Source of the DNA: Nemertoderma westbladi
Lineage: Eukaryota > Animalia > Xenacoelomorpha
NCBI GenBank assembly: GCA_032718475.1
Contig: JAUCBJ010000122.1
Location: forward strand, 51,122-115,121
Reading direction: 5' to 3'
DNA length: 64,000 nucleotides
The notes beneath the pieces were generated by a model that was not told where the DNA came from, searched no databases, and saw only the letters and a list, made by a program, of their open reading frames with translations. Numbering within the stretch: position 1 is the first letter of the stretch; each line of letters begins with the position of its first letter. Positions 11,895 through 24,990 of the stretch are shown here, one piece after another. Made by a program: the position numbers and the translations under genes.

Positions 11895-12975
11895 CCCTAT
11901 CTGGCCCGGGCTATTTTACAACGTAATTGGCCCGGGGGGGGGTCATTTTAGAAATTGTTTAGATATTGGCTCAAAAATTTCAATTTTGATTGTATAAGGG
12001 TTTTCGAGGTCGCTGATCACGATGACACTAGTTAGAAATATTTCCGGTACTGCAAACCCAATTTTTGTGCCATTCTGGTGCCCCAGAACGAAAAGTACAA
12101 GTAGCACAAAATTATAAACTGTTATTTTTTGCGATTTGTTTGGTAATTCTGAGGCTTTACTGGTTTTTAAGGTCGCTAATCACGATACACCTCGTTAAAA
12201 ACAATATGTCGTAACGCATTTATAATTTTTGGTGCTTGTCTGGTGGGACGAAAAATGCAAGTAGCATAAAATTTCAAACGGCAAAAAACGAATTTGGTTG
12301 GATAATACGATATTTTTGAGTGTCTGTCATATTCGTGACCAGCGTCCCAGTAAACCCATAATATCTAACAATCAGGTTAATTTGGTGATGATTTTGTATT
12401 ATCAAATGTGTTCTACTTGTACTTTTCGTGCCACACATTGACACATATCCAAAAATGTCATAATCAACAATGTACGATATATTTCAATGTCATTCTTAAT
12501 CAGCATCCTAAAAACCTATATGGTGATTCAATTGAGTTGATTTTGTGGTGATTTTTCATTATCATATTTTCACTACTTGTTTTTTCGTGCCCCAGAGGGC
12601 GAATTGAAATTTACCAACAATTTTCTCGAAAATTATATTTTAAAGTTAGTTAGTTATTTTAAAGTAGTTCTATAAACGTGATAAGGATTCAAAAAGCCGC
12701 TATATACTGCAAATAAGTTTATTTTAGTGAGTTTATTGTGAGTTTAGTGAGTTTATTTTAGCACGAAAAATACAGATGGGTCCAGAAAGGGACCATAGCA
12801 CGAAAACTAACATAGCTATGTAAATGGCTTTTTCGCTGTTGGATAGCCCATTAAATTTTAGGAAAAGTCACTAAATTTCGGTTTTCCCAACAAACCTGAC
12901 TGAAAGATACAGATGATTTACAAAACCATTTATAAAATGCCCCCCCCCCCCCCCCCCCCCCCGGGCCAAATAGGG
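11895..12975. mobile_element. Non-autonomous piggyBac-type MITE
   Basis: TTAA|CCCTATCTGGCCCGGG ... CCCGGGCCAAATAGGG|TTAA. TSDs at 11891-11894 and 12976-12979, with subterminal poly-G/poly-C repeats. Confidence 0.9.
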
Positions 12976-13691
12976 TTAAAATTAAACAATTCTATCACAA
13001 AGTCCGTCAATAAATCGAAGAAGAGGCGAAGGTTCCTCCCCTTCAACACTCCTCTTAATCTGCACCACCCCTATTACCGCTTACTTGAGTGAGTAGTGGT
13101 GAGGTTGAACTGGTTCCCATCTAGGTACTGTAATAGCAAACGCGCCATGGAATGGGGGAGCTGGAAGTATAGGGTGTGGAGAGACGGGACATTTTAGTAA
13201 GTTAATTACGTTTAGATCAATTAAAAACACATTTCTTAAAGTAAATCACTTAAAGTAATTAAAAACTATAATGGTATGGAGATTACAGCTATATAATTTT
13301 TAAGTATATTTATTTAAATCTTATTCTAGCAAATAATTAATTTACATTAAAGGGCAGGTTGAAAATGATGTTTTTACCCTAATCAACTTAATTATTAACT
13401 AATTAACTGAATTTATCTTACCTTCTCGAAGGCCACACGTAAACTTTGCCAAGCAACATGAGTACCAAGTTTGGTTAGATTTCATCAAGGATCGACTTGG
13501 ATTATTGGGATATTAACGTTCAAATGTGGACACAACAGAACAGCAGAACAACAGACATACAATTGAGTTAGTGGTACCCGTATGCTAAGCACGCTTACTT
13601 TAGTGGCTTGCCCCACAATATCAATACATTTAATTTTAATTAGTGATTTGAATCACAAGAAGAAGTATCTAAAATTTGATTATTTACTCAC

Positions 13692-13937
13692 CTTCACAAG
13701 TAATACCATTTCCTGTCCATCCATCATAGCATTCACATTTAAAATTCCCATCAGTGTTGATGCAACGAGCCTCTGTGTGACAAATATCGACTTCAGTGTC
13801 ACATTCATTGATGTCTTCACATAATTCAATCCCATCCCCTTGGTAACCCTCATTGCAATAACAACTTTGAAATTGGCACTTTGCGTAGCGATGACAGTCA
13901 TAATTAGCGCTACATTCTCGATGAATATCATCAATAT
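13692..13937 (-). CDS. Nidogen-like gene, exon 3: EGF + calcium-binding EGF
   Basis: tttcag|AT ... GAA G|gtgagt, phase 1-1. Reads DIDDIHRECSANYDCHRYAKCQFQSCYCNEGYQGDGIELCEDINECDTEVDICHTEARCINTDGNFKCECYDGWTGNGITCE. Confidence 0.9.
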
Positions 13938-14444
13938 CTGAAACATATAATAAGCGGTAACCTTTAGACAGTAATATTTGAGATCAATTATCAATCGGTT
14001 GACCTCAGTGTACAATATATTGCATTGTAACAATTGTACTGTAGGAAGGTTCTACAGTATGACATGGCAATGTACTTTATCTCACTGTTGCAATTTTTGT
14101 GCAATGTAACATTAAATAAACAATAAATAGAACAATAAACTAGCGAATACCAGATAACCCAATTCACATTGTTTTAACACACTCTATATCTACTCTATTC
14201 TCTGAACAAATCGCACATACTGTACACAAAGTCAATCCGCATAGAGTAACTACAAATCCTGGTTCCCTATTGGCTATCACTAATATGATAATAGGGGTTG
14301 ATTAGGTTACTGCACTCCTAGAGATCTGCAATAGATTTCAGCAATAACATGACAATGCAATATGACGTATAGTCACTGCAACCACGTGGTTTTACTAATA
14401 ATGTTGAGTTAAATTGGGATAATTAATCCACTAAGGATTATAAT

Positions 14445-16664
14445 CCGCTACACCTATGAAACCGACTGTATCCGTAGTGGTTCAGCTTTTATGCGACTTA
14501 CCACCAGTAGCGCCCGCACTGCTACACCTATGAAACCTACTGTATCCGTAGTGGTTCAGCTTTTATGCGACTTACCACCAGTAGCGCCCGCACCGCTACA
14601 CCTATGAAACCTACTGTATCCGTAGTGGTTCAGCTTTTATGCGACTTACCACCAGTAGCGCCCGCACCGCTACACCTATGAAACCTACTGTATCCGTAGT
14701 GGTTCAGCTTTTATGCGACTTACCACCAGTAGCGCCCGCACCGCTACACCTATGAAACCTACTGTATCCGTAGTGGTTCAGCTTTTATGCGACTTACCAC
14801 CAGTAGCGCCCGCACCGCTACACCTATGAAACCGACTGTATCCGTAGTGGTTCAGCTTGTATGCGACTTACCACCAGTAGCGCCCGCACCGCTACACCTA
14901 TGAAACCGACTGTATCCGTAGTGGTTCAGCTTGTATGCGACTTACCACCAGTAGCGCCCGCACCGCTACACCTATGAAACCTACTGTATCCGTAGTGGTT
15001 CAGCTTTTATGCGACTTACCACCAGTAGCGCCCGCACCGCTACACCTATGAAACCGACTGTATCCGTAGTGGTTCAGCTTGTATGCGACTTACCACCAGT
15101 AGCGCCCGCACCGCTACACCTATGAAACCGACTGTATCCGTAGTGGTTCAGCTTGTATGCGACTTACCACCAGTAGCGCCCGCACCGCTACACCTATGAA
15201 ACCGACTGTATCCGTAGTGGTTCAGCTTGTATGCGACTTACCACCAGTAGCGCCCGCACCGCTACACCTATGAAACCTACTGTATCCGTAGTGGTTCAGC
15301 TTTTATGCGACTTACCACCAGTAGCGCCCGCACCGCTACACCTATGAAACCTACTGTATCCGTAGTGGTTCAGCTTTTATGCGACTTACCACCAGTAGCG
15401 CCCGCACCGCTACACCTATGAAACCTACTGTATCCGTAGTGGTTCAGCTTTTATGCGACTTACCACCAGTAGCGCCCGCACCGCTACACCTATGAAACCT
15501 ACTGTATCCGTAGTGGTTCAGCTTTTATGCGACTTACCACCAGTAGCGCCCGCACCGCTACACCTATGAAACCTACTGTATCCGTAGTGGTTCAGCTTGT
15601 ATGCGACTTACCACCAGTAGCGCCCGCACCGCTACACCTATGAAACCTACTGTATCCGTAGTGGTTCAGCTTTTATGCGACTTACCACCAGTAGCGCCCG
15701 CACCGCTACACCTATGAAACCTACTGTATCCGTAGTGGTTCAGCTTTTATGCGACTTACCACCAGTAGCGCCCGCACCGCTACACCTATGAAACCTACTG
15801 TATCCGTAGTGGTTCAGCTTTTATGCGACTTACCACCAGTAGCGCCCGCACCGCTACACCTATGAAACCTACTGTATCCGTAGTGGTTCAGCTTTTATGC
15901 GACTTACCACCAGTAGCGCCCGCACCGCTACACCTATGAAACCTACTGTATCCGTAGTGGTTCAGCTTTTATGCGACTTACCACCAGTAGCGCCCGCACC
16001 GCTACACCTATGAAACCTACTGTATCCGTAGTGGTTCAGCTTTTATGCGACTTACCACCAGTAGCGCCCGCACCGCTACACCTATGAAACCTACTGTATC
16101 TGTAGGGGTTCAGCTTTTATGCGACTTACCACCAGTAGCGCCCCCACCGCTACACCTATGAAACCGACTGTATCCGTAGTGGTTCAGCTTGTATGCGACT
16201 TACCACCAGTAGCGCCCGCACCGCTACACCTATGAAACCTACTGTATCCGTAGTGGTTCAGCTTTTATGCGACTTACCACCAGTAGCGCCCGCACCGCTA
16301 CACCTATGAAACCTACTGTATCCGTAGTGGTTCAGCTTTTATGCGACTTACCACCAGTAGCGCCCGCACCGCTACACCTATGAAACCTACTGTATCCGTA
16401 GTGGTTCAGCTTTTATGCGACTTACCACCAGTAGCGCCCGCACCGCTACACCTATGAAACCTACTGTATCCGTAGTGGTTCAGCTTTTATGCGACTTACC
16501 ACCAGTAGCGCCCGCACCGCTACACCTATGAAACCTACTGTATCCGTAGTGGTTCAGCTTTTATGCGACTTACCACCAGTAGCGCCCGCACCGCTACACC
16601 TATGAAACCTACTGTATCCGTAGTGGTTCAGCTTTTATGCGACTTACCACCAGTAGCGCCCGCA
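14445..16664. repeat. 74-bp minisatellite, 30 copies, spanning an exon/intron junction
   Basis: Unit ccgctacacctatgaaacc(t/g)actgtatccgtagtggttcagctt(t/g)tatgcgacttaccaccagtagcgcccgca. Period is 74 (14521 to 14595) and the span is 2220 bp. Confidence 0.97.
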
Positions 16665-16804
16665 GTGCCTTTCCACCGTACCGCTCTTCTTCTGCGAACA
16701 TCTTCTTCGTAATACGCCGTTATTTGGTTCATCGCCATCCAACTACCCCGTAGAGGTTGAGATGCCATGCACTCATTGAACGTCACTCTCATATCCATTA
16801 TAAT
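16648..16804 (-). CDS. Nidogen-like gene, exon 2: end of G2 beta-barrel
   Basis: ttatag|ATT ... GGT G|gtaagt, phase 0-1. Reads IIMDMRVTFNECMASQPLRGSWMAMNQITAYYEEDVRRRRAVRWKGTAGATG, similar to the TITFQEC...VLY end of nidogen G2. Phases join exons 1 and 3. Confidence 0.85.
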
Positions 16805-17207
16805 CTATAACGTAATAATATACCAGTACGCAGTCTAGTTATAAATGTACAATTATTGTGGGAATTCAAATACTGAAAATCATATTGTCTCATTTTTTTA
16901 ACTCAATAGTTAGAAGAGGATGTACATAATTGTAGAAATTTATACTGCGGTTGACTTTATACGGCGGGTGAGAATTGTTTCTGGTGTACAGTAAATGAAT
17001 AGGCCCGTTACCGGTACACCTGCTACATGTCCCGTCCTCGCCACTTACCTGTACTTTCATTGTACTGACCGGTGTTACGATTAAGCCTACAATACCGTCC
17101 ATGAGACTAATCATATAATAGGCCTTAGTGCCTTTATGAAAAAACCAGTAAATTAATGCAATATCTACCCAAATTATAAATTATATTTTTATCTCAATCT
17201 TCCTAAC

Positions 17208-17951
17208 CTCATACTTCTTATGTACTTCACCAGATAGTGTTCTGATCGTGATGTAACGTTTACCTTTCCCGGTAACTAATCCCTCTGATACATGACGATA
17301 CGAATCAGTATAACTATGAACTGTTACGTTAGTAGCGGCGTCACGTTCTGGAATTTTTCCTTTAACGCTCATGGTTGTCCCTATAACATATTCGGGGTTG
17401 TTTCCATTTCCATTGAATGTTGTCAGACCTTCGAAAACACACTGGAAGTTGATATGATATTCCGGCATTCCAACATAGCGAATGGTTCCAGAAGCTTTTG
17501 CGAATCCTCCAGTTAAACGGTATCCGTTATTCCTTTTGGTGGTTAACCCAATGGCCATCCACAGGGTTGGACTCTGGAATATCTCCAACGGAGTGATCGC
17601 GTAGCCACTCACTATCTCCATCTCGTTATTCCGTCCCCCACTCAGCGAGGTGTATATTGAGTCGTCGATAAGATATACCAAGGAACTAAAGCTGGATCCT
17701 GTGAGGACCTCATCGTTGATATCTATATCTATGGTACCGTGGATCCAGAGCTTAGGATCGCTAGAGTCAATCTCAAAGCATTCGGTACCGTTTCCTGTTT
17801 GCGGCAATACACATTGGCAGCAGCCACCGTCACACACTGCTAAGTCACTACATTTAGAAGAGCCACAATATTTCTGTCCTGTTCCTAATGTGATTATCAC
17901 CCCGATAATAACAAATGAGGCATAGAATTTAATGGCCCAGAAGTTGATCAT
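17208..17951 (-). CDS. Nidogen-like secreted protein, exon 1: signal peptide, EGF, G2F domain
   Basis: Hydrophobic N-terminus, EGF CGSSKCSDLAVCDGGCCQCVLPQTGNGTEC, then G2-like motifs IHGTIDIDIN, NGYRLTGG, VKGKIP and VTVHSYTDSY. Donor GAG|gttagg at 17208 is phase 0. Confidence 0.85.
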
Positions 17952-18864
17952 CTTTGTAATTTATAATTCCAACAGTAATAATTATAATATAAATAAATAA
18001 TCTACAATTATCTAGAATTTGTGAGTTAGCTTAGGATGTTAGGATCTTTATGGCAATTTTCAATAATAATAAAAACAAGTATTATTAATATAATGTAATA
18101 CCTAAATTTACAATTTGTTTAATTTTAACAATACAAATACAATTTTAATAATTAATTTTAGTAAGTATAAATATTAATTAAGTATCTTCTTAGAATCTTT
18201 CAGGTTTTATTTGTCATATTTTAGGAATATCTTTGAAATTCATATAAAGGTATGCAATTAATTACATAACGGTGGAAAATGCCACTTTTAAACACTTCAA
18301 AATTTAAACATTTCATACCTTAACAACACGAGTGGGGCCTTCGTGCAACAAAAGCTGCAAGCCATTATGACAATTATTCCTAATTATATCTTGGTTTCCG
18401 ACACACATCCTGAACCCCCCCCCCCCCCCCCCCACCCCCCTCCTTGGGCCACAGACTTTTAGAAAACAAACGGCCTTAGTATAATTATAACAGTTCGCTG
18501 ATGGCTCGCAGTTTAGACTCGCCCCACATTTCTTACATGTAAATGAATAGTGTAATAAAATTATTCATCAAGGGTTCATATTGGATACAACGTTATTTCA
18601 TTTTCATGTAATACGTAATTTGTTCCTAAAACTTAGAATCTGTAATCGGTAACTCAACCGACACACCTACGCGGCTCAGCGATTCCTGATTCGGTTCGTC
18701 TAGCGAGTGGTCCCGTCTACCGCTCGATCGGTTCCGGTCCGCTCGGTTATATTCACGAGCGGTTTGGCGTCGGCGAGATGACCCAGACACGATTTCATCG
18801 CCCTGTATTAGGCCTACCGCTACCACCTTCAGCAACCGGGTCACCTCAGCAACCGGACGGTTCA

Positions 18865-19140
18865 AACTTGGTGTAGTGGTTGCATTGAATTCACATCTCC
18901 TGTAGGTTGTGGGTTCGATCCTCACATGGGCCAGGGCAGTTTTCGTTTCGGCACTAATGCTTTAAAGGGACCAGCCAGGGCGCATCTCTGCCTTGCATCC
19001 TTAAGTGGTAGCTAAATAAGTACTAGAGTTTCCTCTGGGGAGTAAAGTTCTGGCGGGACCGCACTGGAAATAAGTCGTCAGACTTTGTGCGTAATCCCTG
19101 GCCTAGCGGCCGAAGAAAATTTACTTTTTACTTCTTTTTT
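18865..19140 (+). mobile_element. tRNA-derived SINE
   Basis: A-box TGGTGTAGTGG, B-box GGTTCGATCC, core CTCTGCCTTGCATCCTT..TAAATAAGTAC. The 3' tail ggccgaagaaaatttacttttt has a related copy at ~36740-36775. Confidence 0.75.
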
Positions 19141-19645
19141 TCACGTCCTACACCTGCCGGTTACTTTCCAGCAAAGAGACTATGTTGGATGACTGCTGGT
19201 CTGGTGTTTACAGTGTACTGCATTCGTGAACATGTAATTTACGAAGTGCTTTATTACTGATTGTTTGCGGATAACAGATCTACTACCGCCATACTGCTCG
19301 ATAAATCTGATATCCCTCAAAATTCGGTGTACGGGATATAAAGTAAATCGCAGGTATTTCTGTTCAACAATTTATATACCGCCGGGAAATAAAGACAAAT
19401 TCGCCTATAATTCTAAAATAAAAGCAATAAAATGCTTTAATTCTTTAGATAGATCATCTGTGAGATTTTTCGATTTTTTTTTATAATATCTTTTTAATTT
19501 TAAATTAATCATAAATGTAATTTAATATCAAATATCTTTAAGTAAAATTATAAATTAAAAAAAATAAGCTTGTGTGTTTCTATTTATATGTTAAATTACA
19601 ATCACAAACAAAATCGTCCCTGGCAATAATATTTGAGAACATGTT

Positions 19646-22254
19646 TTAACGGCCGTACTTATACTTATTATTAGTAATAGTAACGACCATACTTATACTT
19701 ATTATTAGTAATAGTAACGGCCGTACTTATACTTATTATTAGTAATAGTAACGACCGTACTTATACTTATTATTAGTAATAGTAACGGCCGTACTTATAC
19801 TTATTATTAGTAATAGTAACGACCGTACTTATACTTATTATTAGTAATAGTAACGGCCGTACTTATACTTATTATTAGTAACAGTAACGGCCGTACTTAT
19901 ACTTATTATTAGTAATAGTAACGGCCGTACTTATACTTATTATTAGTAATAGTAACGACCGTACTTATACTTATTATTAGTAATAGTAACGGCCGTACTT
20001 ATACTTATTATTAGTAATAGTAACGACCGTACTTATACTTATTATTAATAATAGTAACGGCCGTACTTATACTTATTATTAGTAATAGTAACGGCCGTAC
20101 TTATACTTATTATTAGTAATAGTAACGGCCGTACTTATACTTATTATTAGTAATAGTAACGGCCATACTTATACTTATTATTAGTAATAGTAACGGCCAT
20201 ACTTATACTTATTATTAGTAATAGTAACGGCCATACTTATACTTATTATTAGTAATAGTAACGGCCGTACTTATACTTATTATTAGTAATAGTAACGGCC
20301 GTACTTATACTTATTATTAGTAATAGTAACGGCCATACTTATACTTATTATTAGTAATAGTAACGGCCATACTTATACTTATTATTAGTAATAGTAACGG
20401 CCATACTTATACTTATTATTAGTAATAGTAACGGCCGTACTTATACTTATTATTAGTAATAGTAACGGCCGTACTTATACTTATTATTAGTAATAGTAAC
20501 GGCCATACTTATACTTATTATTAGTAATTTTTTTTTTTTTATATGTCAATTTAATAAAGCAAAATGCCAACAAATATATACTATACGATACATTTAGCAT
20601 TTACGGGGGAAATTCAAACTATTTTTAATATTATTAATTAATCCTGTCCGTCGCAGCAGTCTGTCAGTGGTAACTGAACTACCCAACTGAACTACCCAGC
20701 AACCCCGCAGTCCGTATCCGCGTTCGCCAGCCGTATGGAGGTGTCCAATATCGCGTGGTGAACTGGCCGCTTGGATGCGGAACGCGCGCCGCGAAGACAC
20801 ATCAGACTGGACCGCAGAAGCGCAAAACTAATTTGTCTCCGGATCCAGGAAACACAGTCGGAGTACCGGATTTCACGGCGGTCCGACAGCTTGTATGCCA
20901 GCCGTTTCACAAACTGGCGCATTGCCGTAGCCATCCCACCGAATGCAGACTTATTATTAGTAATAGTAACGGCCGTACTTATACTTATTATTAGTAATAG
21001 TAACGGCCGTACTTATACTTATTATTAGTAATAGTAACGGCCGTACTTATACTTATTATTAGTAATAGTAACGGCCGTACTTATACTTATTATTAGTAAT
21101 AGTAACGGCCGTACTTATACTTATTATTAGTAACAGTAACGGCCGTACTTATACTTATTATTAGTAATAGTAACGGCCGTACTTATACTTATTATTAGTA
21201 ACAGTAACGGCCGTACTTATACTTATTATTAGTAATAGTAACGGCCATACTTATACTTATTATTAGTAATAGTAACGGCCGTACTTATACTTATTATTAG
21301 TAATAGTAACGACCGTACTTATACTTATTATTAGTAATAGTAACGGCCGTACTTATACTTATTATTAGTAATAGTAACGGCCATACTTATACTTATTATT
21401 AGTAATAGTAACGGCCATACTTATACTTATTATTAGTAATAGTAACGACCATACTTATACTTATTATTAGTAATAGTAACGGCCATACTTATACTTATTA
21501 TTAGTAATAGTAACGGCCATACTTATACTTATTATTAGTAATAGTAACGGCCATACTTATACTTATTATTAGTAATAATAACGGCCATACTTATACTTAT
21601 TATTAGTAATAGTAACGACCGTACTTATACTTATTATTAGTAATAGTAACGACCGTACTTATACTTATTATTAGTAATAGTAACGGCCATACTTATACTT
21701 ATTATTAGTAATAGTAACGGCCATACTTATACTTATTATTAGTAATAGTAACGGCCATACTTATACTTATTATTAGTAATAGTAACGGCCATACTTATAC
21801 TTATTATTAGTAATAATAACGGCCATACTTATACTTATTATTAGTAATAGTAACGACCGTACTTATACTTATTATTAGTAATAGTAACGACCGTACTTAT
21901 ACTTATTATTAGTAATAGTAACGGCCATACTTATACTTATTATTAGTAATAGTAACGACCATACTTATACTTATTATTAGTAATAATAACGGCCATACTT
22001 ATACTTATTATTAGTAATAGTAACGGCCATACTTATACTTATTATTAGTAATAATAACGGCCATACTTATACTTATTATTAGTAATAGTAACGGCCATAC
22101 TTATACTTATTATTAGTAACAGTAACGGCCGTACTTATACTTATTATTAGTAATAGTAACGGCCATACTTATACTTATTATTAGTAATAGTAACGGCCAT
22201 ACTTATACTTATTATTAGTAATAGTAACGGCCATACTTATACTTATTATTAGTA
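19646..22254. repeat. 34-bp minisatellite interrupted by a retroelement at 20529-20948
   Basis: Unit acg(g/a)cc(g/a)tacttatacttattattagtaatagta. Period is 34 (19921 to 19955). Confidence 0.97.
20529..20948 (-). mobile_element. 5'-truncated CRE-type (RLE) non-LTR retrotransposon with poly(A) and 16-bp TSD
   Basis: AFGGMATAMRQFVKRLAYKLSDRREIRYSDCVSWIRRQISFALLRSSLMCLRGARS matches the C-terminus of animal CRE-clade proteins. Poly-T at 20529-20540. TSD acttattattagtaat at 20513-20528 and 20949-20964. Confidence 0.85.
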
Positions 22255-23448
22255 CTGTAATAGCCAAAATTATACAATATTAGAAACGTTTTCGATGTTT
22301 CTATTATTTAATAATAATATTACAAAATGAAATGAAATGGGCAGCAATACTACCAATTATATAGTTTTTTATTATATTGTCACATTAAACAAATTGTGTA
22401 ACTTTATATCTCTGCTGTTTTATCTTTGCTAAAAGCTTATATACCTCAATGAAGGTATCCCATCCAACCATTTGGTCCTTTCATTCTGAACAAACAATAA
22501 TAATGCCGGGGGGTTGCTGAAATTATGTAAATATTTGCTGCAAACCATACCGGTACTGCCACAACTACGGAGTGGAGATACAAGTGCAAACTTATGCAAG
22601 CAACGACAAATAGAATAGGTTTCCTAGAAAACTATGTCTAAAAATAACCAATGTGTAGAAATTTATATATGCTGATCCCACTCTAGAATCATTTACCACC
22701 GCTTTTAAGGTATAAATGGAATATAGTCACTTCCAAATTTATTGTAAGACAACCCTTTTGTTGAACTGACACATTGAGTAAATGCTGACTTGAAAATGAG
22801 TTAATAGTGCTCCTACATAAAATACCATGTATTACGGCAATTACAATGTCAGGCTAAGAGAGATCACGGCGGTCATGTTCTTTAGGGACATGAATTATAA
22901 ACTCTGACTGCAATGCACTATTTGACATGAACTGCTGACTTTGGGGGTCATTTTGTTCATGAATAATTCCCCCCACACACCTAATTCAAATACATATTGG
23001 TGTTTTAAAAGTGTTCTGCAATTATTTTAGAAAAATGTTGTCATCAACGTAGCTGACCAACCCGAGACTTTTTCAAAATTGTGAAAACCAATATAAAACC
23101 AAATTATAATGGGATGTGCAATCATATTGGTGAAGGTAATTACTAGAGTAACGGGGGAGATAATGAACTCTTAGCGCTCGGAATAATGATGAGGACGAGA
23201 GAAGTGTGAACAACAAGATAGTCAGATGTTATCAATATTGATTATATTTATTGGTGTAGTTTCATTCATATGTGTTGATTAGCTACATTAAATGGCAGCT
23301 CTCTCGGTACCATAAATACCTTGATGTGTATTTGGCCTATTGGTTCGATACACACATGAATCGTTGAGGGATTCCGAACTACCTAGACCCGACGGAATCT
23401 ACTCACTAAAATCAATCAAAGAAAATGATATTGAAAGTCTTTAACCAG

Positions 23449-23662
23449 AGTCCGTTAGGATGGAGGGTGATAGTAGGGTCCGTTAGGATGGAGGGTGATA
23501 GTAGGGTCCGTTAGGAGGGTGATAGTAGGGTCCGTTAGGAGGGTGATAGTAGGGTTCGTTAGGAGGGTGATAGTAGGGTTCGTTAGGATGGAGGGTGATA
23601 GTAGGGTTCGTTAGGAGGGTGATAGTAGGGTCCGTTAGGATGGAGGGTGATAGTAGGGTTCG
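23449..23662. repeat. 25/29-bp minisatellite
   Basis: About 8 copies of gt(c/t)cgttagga(tgga)gggtgatagtagg. Confidence 0.9.
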
Positions 23663-24829
23663 ATTGATGCGGTAATTTGAGATTATATTGTATTTTTAGA
23701 TTTTGAAGTGAATTGAACCTGCTCATTTGAATGATTCATTGTTATGAGCGTGGATACCTAAAATGAATAATGAATAATTAATTACTGATATACTTCAGTA
23801 AGAACTTCTTATACTATAAACTTAGCGAATTGAAGATCTTGTCTCGTTGAATTTCCGATGTTAATTATAAATTGGGAAATGAGTAGAAACAACGATAGAA
23901 ACACCAGCTGCTGGTACTTATGAGGACCTAGTAAGCTATTTGTTGAATGGATAGGCCCAAACTGCACAGAAGTAAGCCTATATTACTTGCTAAATTTATT
24001 ACTCTCTCACTCTAACCCAGGCAGTAATCAAACATCAACTGTTAGTTTGTTCTATGTTAGGTGGGAGGCCTGCTGATTGAATTGTAAGCACTGGGCCGTT
24101 CAAATGTTTTATAGGTTGATGATAATGAATGAGGAGGGACCCAACTAACACTACGTTTGTCTATGGACGGTCTCCTTATAGCCTGCTTGCTGGCTTTTCT
24201 AGTTTAATCCTATTATTCTGCAACCAATAGTTTACTCTTTTAGACGAATTAGTGCGTTTTTTTGCCGGACTAACAAATTTTGGCGACGTTTTGTGCGAGA
24301 TTGGCGATACTTGAAAAGATTTTGAGGCTCAAATATGTTGCTCAAATGACTGAATAGCCCAAATAAAAAAGTTGGTGCATTCCCAACGAGTTGAAATCGG
24401 TGAAATTCGACTTTAAATTTTCAAAACCACTATTTTTTAGTGACCCCGTGATCGAAACGCCACAAAAAATATACAGTCTTGTGCGCAACCAAAATTTATG
24501 TAAAGGTTGTTATTAAAATTTTTGCATACCTGCTTGAGGTTTTGAGATATTGGATGGTTATACATACATACACATTTATATACATAACCACGAGTATTTG
24601 AAATGTCATTAAGTGGTTCATTGGATCCAATGATGGCGATATAACCATGGATACCCTCCAGACTGTTAGAGGAATAGCTCGGCATGTATCAGGAACAAGG
24701 GACTGGTTGCCTGAGTTATCAGTGACAGTATCCGCACTTAATGTCTACTGATGATACTACAAACATACAGTATAATCCAACACGATTATTAATGATAAAA
24801 TAAAATAATTGTTGCGGGGTATATTAACG

Positions 24830-24990
24830 GTGCATTAAATATAATAGTATGATGACGCTCTACATAGCAAAAATTATGAACTGACCTTATTGGGGCTCGA
24901 ACCCGGTATATAGGAAGCAAACTTCCGATTTTGTTCATCCGGCTGTGTCGTGTCTATCTATCATCACCACTGAGCAACCCGGACGGATGA
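24830..24990 (-). mobile_element. tRNA-derived SINE head (degenerate)
   Basis: Minus strand TTGCTCAGTGG A-box and CCGGGTTCGAGCCC B-box. The same B-box string occurs at ~29452. Confidence 0.5.

Noticed and set aside
13680-14033. 117-aa ORF from the track
   Set aside because: It is the wrong frame. The real coding frame is the EGF exon 13937-13692.
14445-16664. CRISPR array or tandem tRNA genes (74-bp period, TAGTGGTT A-box-like string)
   Set aside because: Units are contiguous with no unique spacers. There is no B-box or cloverleaf, no cas genes, and the context is eukaryotic.
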